Assembly: GCA_951406725.2 (NCBI GenBank)
Contig: OX597824.1
Span: forward strand, 85,994,001 to 86,058,000
Direction of reading: 5' to 3'
Length of the DNA stretch: 64,000 nucleotides
DNA from: Octopus vulgaris
Lineage: Eukaryota
Position numbers and translations under genes: made by a program. The notes beneath the pieces were generated by a model that saw nothing but the letters and a program-made list of their open reading frames with translations, was not told the origin of the DNA and ran no database searches. Positions 53,928-64,000 of this stretch are shown piece after piece (the first letter of the stretch is position 1; every line of letters begins with the position of its first letter).

Positions 53928-54143
53928 TACAAGGAGGTGTTGTAAAGTTCCTAGCTTTAAGGGAATTGCGAAAGGCTTGGTTGGAAGCCCCTAACCTTCC
54001 AAGATCTTTTATAGGGCTTAGGAAAAATGAAGGACCACTGCAGTAAGTGTGTGAATCTGAGAAGAGAATATGTTGGATAAAATTATAAGTAACTGGTCCT
54101 CTTGTATTTTCTTTTACTCAAAGCCAGGGAACTTTTCCCTCAT
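53928..54143 (+). mobile_element. Mariner-derived MITE
   Basis: Degenerate TIRs (tacaaggaggtgttgtaaagttcctagc / gccagggaactttt); inverted homolog at 62654-62868. Confidence 0.65.
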
Positions 54144-55613
54144 ATATGTGTGTGTGTGTGTGTTTGTATATATATGTGTATATATGTGTGATATATATAT
54201 ATATATATATATTATGATATGTAAAAAAATACAAACTGTGACAAGAACGCATAACACTTAGAAGATGATACAACAAACACAGACAGGACATTTGAAGTCT
54301 TCAGTCAAGAACCGGATCATCGTAGTAATTTCGGATATATATATATCTGATCATGGCCATTTGCCAGCCTCGTCTGGCACCTGTGCCGGTGGCACATAAA
54401 AAGCACCCACTACACTCACGGAGTTGCCAGATGAAACTGGGCCTGGTGCAGCCTTCTGGCTTCCCAGACCCCAGTTGAACCGTCCAACCCATGCTAGCAT
54501 GGAAAGCGGACACTAAACGATGATAATGATGATATAAAATCTTCTTGTCCATTCCCTCGCATTCAGCCTTGTTTTAAAAAAAGAACAAATTTAGAGCAGT
54601 TTGTATGCATTCAACATCAACATCTAGCTTACTCGCGTTTGACCTCCAACACCCTTAATTATAATTATATTTTTAGAATTAAATACTTAGAAATTAATTT
54701 TACTGATATGGTCGTTTTTATATGCTAGCCACCAATATAATCATTTATCCTCAATTTATATATATATAATCATCATCATCATCATCATCTTTTAACGTCC
54801 GTTTTCCATGCTGGCATGGGTTGGATGGTTTGACCGGGGTCTGGGAAGCCAGAAGGCTGCACCAGGCTCCAATCTGATCTGGCAGTGTTTCTACAGCTGG
54901 ATGCCCTTCCTAGCACCAACCACTCCAAGAGTGTAGTGGGTGCTTGTCAGAAAATTGGAAGTGAGCAACACTGCTTGCATAACAATGACACTCTTTTACA
55001 ACTTTCGCATGATGCCAAGAAAAGGAGACATACAAACACACACGAGCATCCACACATGAATGCACACACACACACAATTGGCTCCTTTCAGTGTCCATCT
55101 ACCAAATTCATTCACAAGGCTTCAGTTGGCCCAGAGCCATAGTAGAAGACAGTTACACAAGGTATTGTGCAGTAGGACTGAACTCAAAACCATATGGTTG
55201 AGAAGTAAACTTTTTATCCCCATAACCGCACCTGAGCCTATATATATATATCCCCCGTGCAGGTGGCACGTAAAAAGCACCCACTACACTCTCAGAGTGG
55301 TTGGCGTTAGGAAGGGCATCCAACTGTAGAAACTCTGCCAGATCAAGACTGGAGCCTGGTGCAGCCATCTGGTTGCCAGCCCTCAGTCAAAACCTTCCAA
55401 CCCATGCTAGCATGGAAAACGGACGTTAAAGGATGATGATATATATATATATACATATATATATTTGGCGTTAGGAAGGGCATCAAGCTGTAGAAACACT
55501 GCCAGATCAGACTGGGCCTGGCGCAGCCTTCTGGCTTCCCAGACCCCAGTTGAACTGTCCAACCCATGCTAGCATGGAAAACGGATGTTAAACGATGATG
55601 ATGGTGATGATGA

Positions 55614-55760
55614 TTGAATGGAAATTAGGGAGAAATAGATGCAACTTGTGTGTAGAGGAACTATACAAAACATTTACATCAAAACACACAATTAATACAA
55701 GACACAAACAAGCCTTCAGATGTTTACACAAACATGGTAGGACTTTTAAAAGATATAAAT
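55614..55760 (+). mobile_element. Penelope-like element, GIY-YIG C-terminal remnant
   Basis: Translates to EWKLGRNRCNLCVEELYKTFTSKHTINTRHKQAFRCLHKH, matching the CxLCxxE...(L/I)NxR...CxH pattern of Penelope endonuclease C-termini. Confidence 0.5.
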
Positions 55761-55852
55761 ATAATTCTAGATAGCCAACGCCCCAACAACAATTGAGCTT
55801 GATATAACACATGGAATAACATAACCTAAACATATAAAAACATAATGATATA

Positions 55853-56013
55853 GGCGTAGAAGTGGCTGTGTGGTAGTAGCTTGCCTACCGACCACATGGT
55901 TCTGGGTTCAGTCCCACTGCGTGGCACCTTGGGAAAGTGTCTTCTACTATAGCCTCAGGCCGACCAAAGCCTTGTGAGTGGATTTGGTAGTCAGAAACTG
56001 AAAGAAGCCCGTC

Positions 56014-56052
<39 letters not shown>

Positions 56053-56306
56053 TATTAGAGACAAAACCACTATTTTGCAAAACAGTTTCTGACTACCAAA
56101 TCTACTCACAAGGCTTTGGTCGGCCTGAGGCTATAGTAGAAGACACTTTCCCAAGGTGCCACGCAGTGGGACTGAACCCAGAACCATGTGGTCGGTAGGC
56201 AAGCTACTACCACACAGCCACTTCTACGCCTATATCATTATATAAAATTGGATTTAATCCTAAATCTGATTTTTTCCCTGTAAATTTGGATTTATTCCCT
56301 AATATT

Positions 56307-56338
<32 letters not shown>

Positions 56339-56550
56339 TTGTGTGTCTGTGTTTGTCTCCTCAGCATTGCTTGACAACCGATGCTGATGCATTTATGTCC
56401 CCGTAACTTAACGGTTCGGCATAAAAGGCCAATAGAATAAGTACTAGGCTTACAAAGAATAAGTCCTGGGGTCAATTTGCTCGACTAAAGGCAGTGCTCT
56501 AGCATGGCCACAGTCAATTGACTGAAACAAGTGAAAGAGGTAAAGAGTAA
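55853..56550 (+). mobile_element. SINE family A with an internal inverted self-duplication
   Basis: Head 55853-56015 and tail 56335-56550, with an inverted copy of its own head at 56083-56241. Confidence 0.88.
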
Positions 56551-57263
56551 CCCTCATCAATATAAAAAAAACAAATATCCTGCCCAATGTATAATGCCAA
56601 TTGTGAGCAGCTCAACCTAAAAAGATTAATATATATAAGCAAATATGAACTCTTCACTACAAGCACTACATTCAAAATCAAAAATAAAGCATTCACAACC
56701 ATTAAAATGAACAAAGAACCTTGTGAAAACAATAATCTCAACCTTGACCTACTTTAGACCCAGCCCTAACTTTGAAATTGACTGGTGTGAATTTGAGGTC
56801 ACCAGCACTTGCCTGTAAATAACACCCCCTGTCCCACCTGCCACAGAACACTAACAGAAACTTACTTCAATCGGTTCACTTCAAGGATGACATTGGATGG
56901 ACCTTGATGAAGCTGCACTGACAATAATGCAAGGTTGCATTTGCAAGAGTGAGTAGTCACAGCAGCGGAAACGTGTGTAGGTCATTATAATATGCTTTAT
57001 AAAAATCATAGAATAAATTTTTTGAATGTACAAGTTTCCATAGTCTATTAAGTTTCCATACTCTTTATTATTAATAATACTATATATATATATATATATA
57101 TAAACAATTGCAGCGTGGAAGGTGTTTGTAAGCCATTTAAAAAACACACAAAAGCCGTTCGAGTGTTTCTTAAATGGCTTACAAACACCTTCCACGCTGC
57201 AATTGTTTTCGTTTCAGTACACAATCTCAGATCAAATCACTTGCTATTGCAAGTACATCTCCG

Positions 57264-57313
<50 letters not shown>

Positions 57314-57769
57314 GAGCAAAATGCCCCCATCCAATGGACAGTGCTAAGTTGTCAAACATTTAAGCCAGATTTTCTCAAAACAACTTGTCTGACCATCCCA
57401 TAGGCCTCCCCTTTGAGAAACACTGATTTAACCTAAATTTGAGACACCAGCAAAAGAAGAAATAAAGATGACTTTTTTTTTCTATTCCAAAGAAAAACGA
57501 TTTTATTCACACAAATATGCAACCGAAGAGTTTAAAGTACCAGTAATGATAAGGCTGTTGACTGGGAGAACACAAACATGGTTTAAACAGTAAGCTTGGC
57601 AGGAAAGAAACGTCTTTAAGCAGTACAAAAACAACAAAAAATGGAAGGTGCAGTTATGTACAGGTTGACAGAAGAAAAGCAGGACAAAAACAGCTTTATT
57701 GATCGCATTCTCACCTGGAATCGATTTTTGTAATTTTTTCAAGACTTATACACACTCTGATATCGTTGG

Positions 57770-57862
57770 TATCTACATATCAAATTTGAGTGCAATCGGG
57801 TGGAGGATGCCCGAGATCCTAGAAGACACACAGACAGACAGAACAGATTTTATATAATAGAT
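57770..57862 (-). mobile_element. Helitron/HINE-like 5' end
   Basis: Minus strand atctattatataaaatc-(tctg)n...ccgattgcactcaaatttg. Confidence 0.45.
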
Positions 57863-58231
57863 ATATAAATGCCATTTGTGTTTATATTTTATGTCCACAC
57901 CATGCCAAGGACCCACCCCAGAGTCAGATCGATGGTTTAAATTGGATTTGGTACCTGCATACGTACAGTATGCTACCAACACTTGTGTTCAGTGTTGTTT
58001 ACCTCATCCTTATAGCACATGTGTGTGTGTGTGTGTGTGTGCATGCATGTGTGTGTTTGTGTATGTGTGTATATATAAGATGTGCTTCCACACAGTTTCG
58101 TTTTACCAAATTTACCCACAAAGCATTGATTGCCCTGGAGCTATAGTAGAAGATAATTGTCCAAGTGAGACTGACCCCCAAACCATGTGTTTGAGAAGTA
58201 AAGTTTTAAACCAAATAACCATGACTGCATC

Positions 58232-58300
<69 letters not shown>

Positions 58301-58541
58301 GAGGAGGGATAGAATATACTCTTTATTCTTTTACTTGTTTCAGTCATTTGACTGTGGCCATGCTGGAGCACCGCCTTTAGTCAAGCAAATTGACACCAGG
58401 ACTTATTCTTTGTAAGCCTAGTACTTATTCTATTGGTCTCTTTTGCCAAACTGCTTAGTTACAGGGACTTAAACACACCAGCATCAGATGTCAAGTGATG
58501 TTGGGGAGACAAACACAGACATGCAAACATATACACACACA

Positions 58542-58585
<44 letters not shown>

Positions 58586-59632
58586 TACGACAGGCTTCTT
58601 TCAGTTTCTGTCTACCAAATCCACTCACAAGGCTTTGGTCGGCCCGAGGCTATAATAGAAGACACTTGCCCAAGGTGCCACATAGTGGGACTGAACCCGG
58701 AACCATGTGGTTCGTAAGCAAGCTACTTACCACACAGCCACTCCTACACCTATACCAAATTTATCTGAGTAAAATGCAAAGGCTGGTTCCTTCTGATGGT
58801 GTGTTTTTTGGTAATCTTCCTTTAGCTCTCATCTGATGTTCCTGTTTATTTCTTGGCTACTTAGAGTGTGTGTATGTGTGTACATTTATACAGTGGAGGT
58901 GTAATGGCCCAGTGGTTAGGGCAGCGGACTCGCGGTTATAGGATCGTGGTTTCGATTCCCAGACCGGGCGTTGTGAGTGTTTATTGAGCATAAGCACCTA
59001 AAGCTCCACGGGGCTCCAGCAGGGGATGGTGGTGATCCCTGCTGTACTCTTTCACCACAACTTTCTCTCACTCTTACTTCCTGTTTCCGTATTTCAAAGG
59101 GCCGGCCTTTTCACTCTCTGTGTCACGCTGAATATCCCCGAGAACTACGTTAAGGGTACACGTGTCTGTGGAGTGCTCAGCCACTTACACGTTAATTTCA
59201 CGAGCAGGCTGTTCCGTTGATTCGGATCAACCGGAACCCTTGTCGTCGTAACCGACGGAGTGCTTCCCATACATATATACACACACAGAAGAGAGAGAGA
59301 GAGAGAGGCCAATATAAATATATTAAACGATTATATTGTCTGCAGTCATCTCTGGTTATGAAACAGTCAAGCCATATACTACACTGCATATTGACAAATA
59401 CAAACGAAGTACTTTTGATAATGATTTCCTCCTGTTTCTGGCAATACAAGTTATTCATTTTCCATGTAATTCTCTTGAGAAACTCCATTGTAATAATGTG
59501 TGAACACTTTAATGAAATCTTAGCTTAATGTGAGTCAGATATAATCTACTGCCATTCCAGTTCATATAAGTATGTTTGTGTGTGTGTGTGTATGTGTGTG
59601 TGTGTATTTATACAGACACATATATTACATAG

Positions 59633-59736
59633 ATTATTATTATTATTATCATTCTTCTTCTTCTCCTCCTTCTTCTTCTTCTTCTTATTATTATCATTAT
59701 TATTATTATCATTATTATTATTATTATTATTATTAT

Positions 59737-59766
<30 letters not shown>
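59633..59766. repeat. (TTA)n/(TTC)n microsatellite
   Basis: Directly visible. Confidence 0.95.
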
Positions 59767-59767
<1 letters not shown>

Positions 59768-62653
59768 CTCAGAATCATTTTAGATTAGCCGTAACAGTGA
59801 TGGGAGTTCTAATGTACATGTATCAGTAAATATGTGGGTGTATTTGCGTACATGTGCATTGCTCCATGTGCCTCAGTGTGTCTCTATGCATATTTCTTTA
59901 TGTGTGTGTATATATGAATATATATAAACGTGTGTATGTGTCTGCAATCATCAAAAACCTTATCTGTGTCAACACCTACAAAATCCAGTCTCTGGCCTTT
60001 CTTTCCAAGATGCTCTTCTTCTCTTCTCTTCATTTTCTTATCTTGATATAATTTTGCATATGAGGGTATTCTCAAATGCTTGTTTATGATTTTTGGCAAA
60101 TAAATATTTCCTTATCTTGTCTTGATTTCTCTTACAGTTTTCTCAGTACAAGGTGTGGCATCTTAGTATCATTTCCCAGCAAGATTTTACATTCAATATT
60201 TATGCTTATATATGCAGTGTTTGTGTGTCTATCATACTTGTCAGTCTCTCTTTTTTTACCTTTTTTTCTTGTCTTTGTCTCTCCTAGTTGGCTGACTGGC
60301 TGTCATTGTCTGTCAACCTTGTCTCATCCTGATCTCTGTGTCTCTTATTTTCTATTTACCTAGCTGTTATTGGTTGTCTCTAGCATTGTGAGTGTTTGAG
60401 CAAAAACACCTAAAGCTCCACGCGGCAAGGAGTGGTGGTGAACCCTGCTGTACTCTTTCACCACAACTTTCTCTCACTCTTTCTTCCTGTTTCTGTTGTA
60501 CCTGTATTTCAAAGGGGCCAGCCTTGTCACACTCTGTCACACCGAATCTCGCTGAGAACTTCGTTAAGGGTACACATGTCTGGGGGTGGTGATGAACCCT
60601 GCTGTACTCTTTCACCACAACTTTCTCTCACTCTTTCTTCCTGTTTCTGTTGTACTTGTATTTCAAAGGGCCAGCCGTGTCACACTCTGTCACGCTGAAT
60701 CTCCCCGAGAACTACGTTAAGGGTACACATGTCTGTGGGGTACTCAGCCACTTGCACGTTAATAAATGAGCTGCGACGTCACTGATGCCAAGCTGTATCG
60801 GCCCTTGCGTTTCCCTTGGATAACATCAGTGGCATGAAAAGGGGAGGCTGGTATGTGTGAGTGACTGCTGGTCTTCCATAAACAACCTTGCCCAGACTTG
60901 TGCCTCGGAGGGTAACTTTCTAGGTGCAATCCCATGATCATTCGTGACCGAAGAGGGTCACAACAACAACAACAATTGGTTGTCTCTAAGTCTCTTACTG
61001 TCTGTCTATCTGTTTCTTATTGTTAGTCATTTATTATCTACTTGTCTCTCGGTCTATATGCCAGTCTCTTATTGCCTGTCTGTGTCTGTCTCTTACTGTC
61101 AGACCTATTTCTCTGTCTACCTGTCACCTAATGTCCATCTGTCTGCCTGAGGGAAAATATTAACCCTTTTGTTACCATATTTCTGTTGAGATGCTTTGTG
61201 TTTCTTTCAATTGATTTTAAATATAACAAAGAATTTAGTAAAATAACTTAATTATCATTCAGCTAGTGTTAGGAACATAAATTGTGACTAAGGTTTGGTG
61301 GAAGATTTTAATTTAGAACTTATGGAAACAAGGCGCAGGAGTGGCTGTGTGGTAAGTAGCTTGCTAACCAACCACATGTTTCCGGGTTCAGTCCCACTGC
61401 GTGGCATGTTGGGCAAGTGTCTTCTACTATAGCCTCAGGCCGATCAAAGCCTTGTGACTGGATTTGGTAGACGGAAACTGAAAGAAGCCCGTCGTATATA
61501 TGTATATATAAACCACTCATTCACTCACTCACTCACACACAATATTTCATTCCTTCAGGAGGAAGTTGATCAGAGATGTGAGTTACTTAGGGAGGATATG
61601 AAGAATGCTATGAGGAAGGAGTGGAAGTATTCCACACATACTGACATCAGGTTCAATAGAGCAAAGATACCCCTTCTGTTTTGCGTCTGTATCATCATCA
61701 TCACCATCATTATTCCTTATTCTGGATTGGTAGAATTAGTACGATGCTGGACTAAAATACCCTGCAGTTATGTAGTTACCATTTTGGGTTCAAATCCGAC
61801 TGAGGTCAACTTTGCCCTCTATCCTTCCAAAGTGGATGAAATAAGCACAAAGCATGTAGTGCTGGGGGTCGATTTAATCCACAAACCTCTCCGTCAAATT
61901 TCTGGTCCTGTTCCTGCCCCTCTCTCTTTCCCACCTCACCCACTAAAGTCTTAAGCACAAATAAACACATTTATATGGAAGGAAAAAAAAAAAGGCGATT
62001 CAGTTTCCCAGCCAAAAATACTTTGTTCACAAGAATAATGTAACTGGAAATGACATTATCTTTGGCTTAAGCCATTAGACTGTGGCCATACTGGGGTACT
62101 GCCTTGAAGGGTTTTAGCCGAATGAATCTTATTTTTTTAATTCTGAAAGCCTAGTGCTTATTTTATCGGTTCTTTTGCTGAACCGCTATGTTTCAGCGTT
62201 GTAAGCACACCAATACAGGTTGTCAAGCAGTGATGGGAGACTAACACAGACACAAAGATAAACACACACACACACACGACGAGCTTCTTTCAGTTTCCAT
62301 CTACCAAATCCATTCAGAAGGCTTTGGTCAGCCCTGGGCTATAACAGAAGACGCTTGCGCAAGGAACCACGCAGTGGGACTGAACCCAGAACCTTGTGGC
62401 TGGGAAGCAAACTTCTTACCACACAGCCACGCCTGCGCCTGTTGAAACAATTTAAATGACAAAAATAACCGTAACCACAATAGCATTAATAATACACACT
62501 CGTTTTGTGAAGAAATGAATGGAAGGTTTGAATTGAGGGTTAGCAAAAACAGCCACAGCCGTACGTTGTTCGCTGGAGTAATGTCGAATAAACAAGCTCT
62601 AGATAGCTGGTCTGGCGGAAATAAAATTAGTCTTGCAGGGCTATGTGACAAAA

Positions 62654-62868
62654 TACAAGGAGCTGCTTAAAAGTTCCTGGCTTTGGGTTAAAGAAAATAC
62701 AGGAGGATCAGTTATGATTTTATTCAACATATTCCTGTCTCAGTTTCACACACTTATTGCAACGGTCCTTCAGTTTTTCTAAGCCCTGTAGAACTCGGAA
62801 GGTTGAGCCTTCAACCAGGCCTTTCGTAGTACCCTTAAAGCCAGGAATTTTTCAGCACCCCCTTCGTA
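62654..62868 (-). mobile_element. Mariner-derived MITE
   Basis: TIRs tacaaggagctgcttaaaagttcctggc ... gccaggaatttttcagcacccccttcgta with TA ends. Confidence 0.75.
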
Positions 62869-64000
62869 AAGTGCAACCATATCGCAGTCCTTTACAGAAC
62901 AGGGAAAGGGCATAATGTATCTCTGAATCTCAGAAGCCACAATGGGCTTTGTGGGCTTTCTTTGTGCCTACGAATGAGTAATTGCAAGCGGCTCTTACCG
63001 ATATGTAGAATATTTCTTCTTTCAGCCAGGTAGAAAGTACAAAACCGCTTACACTGTATTCAGAACTATGAGTGAAATGAAAAAGCAAGCCAAAGATATG
63101 TTACACACCTAGCCAGAGATGCATACCCCCAATATTTGGAGCAACGGGACACAAGTTAGGTAGATAATATTAACTCGCTGACCCTTGTCCCATTGCCATT
63201 TGTAGTACAGTAGGAACAGATGGTAAAGTAGCCAAGGAGAATTTGTTGTCGAGTGGGGGGGAGGGTCTTTGGATATATAATTCCTAATGATTATTCCATC
63301 TGAAAACCATGAGGCCATTCTGAAGTTGTGCTCTGTAGTGAGTGCAGATGGCAAAATAACGAGACTGATCATGCAGGACTGAAAAAATCCAGTTGGTATA
63401 CGTGTGACAGTAACTGCCCGCTGAGGGCTTTTTAACTGGTGGGATCAAAACTCTAAGAAGTGAGCAGCAGAAATTGCTTTAACATCATCAGACCTCAGAG
63501 CTGCTGTTGTTTGGGCATCATTCATCACAGATCCGGTAACGGTGAAAGAGGTCGCTTCATCCTCAGTTTCAAGAACCTTCTCTCCTGGCTATAACGATTA
63601 TTACCATTTATTGTCTTGCGATGGTGAGGAGGGGTTGAAAATTGAACAGGGACGGAAGCTTGTTGGGGACAGTGGAAACAAAAATGAGAAGACAAGATCC
63701 CCAAAAGAAGAATAGGCCTGAACAGAATTGAATGCAGAATAAAGAGCGGTTAATTCTTTCCTCGGGGATTTTAGAGTTGCAGGGGCCCATGGTCTGACTC
63801 AGAAGGTTGTATATTTTCTATTTTACTATATAAGATTTATATAATCATCTAATTAATTTATGTAATTTAAAATATTTTTCATGTTTTGATATTTTATATA
63901 ACATCTCTGTACCTCTCCTCGTTTGTATATAATAACTCAATTGTACCTTATACGCTCTTGCAACCTGAACGGGTTCTTGTGGCAAAAATATAAATTATCA

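Noticed and set aside
58894-58970. tRNA-like sequences at SINE heads
   Set aside because: No properly paired acceptor stem, and they run into SINE bodies; not tRNA genes.
63060-63800. GC-richer, coding-looking stretch
   Set aside because: Multiple stops and no clear splice sites; possibly a decayed LINE ORF1, but not assignable.

Overview
AT-rich, repeat-dominated animal genomic DNA, most likely an octopod cephalopod (Octopus sp.), judged from the tRNA-derived SINE families and dense (TA)n/(TACA)n/(TCTA)n/(CAT)n microsatellites. Most ORFs in the supplied track are microsatellite or SINE translation artefacts. The one well-supported host-gene exon is 28901-29020 (+): the first coding exon of a PTPN12/18/22 (PTP-PEST-like) tyrosine phosphatase. 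It sits in a CpG-retaining, repeat-poor block (~26.2-33.4 kb) and is followed by what appears to be a first intron of >30 kb. Two weaker minus-strand exon candidates (8607-8681, 6823-6936) may belong to a divergent neighbour gene. The rest is layered TE debris: five SINE families, Tc1/mariner relics and MITEs, TTAA piggyBac-type MITEs (including a composite dimer), Helitron/Helentron pieces, and RTE, L1/Tx1 and Penelope fragments. The most notable observations are (i) minimal type-I hammerhead-ribozyme motifs in short inserts within (TA)n tracts (7177-7256, 13280-13317), and (ii) a recurring set of locally generated fold-back duplications, several inside the presumed intron. Repeat boundaries are approximate and all family assignments come from motif recognition, not database searches.
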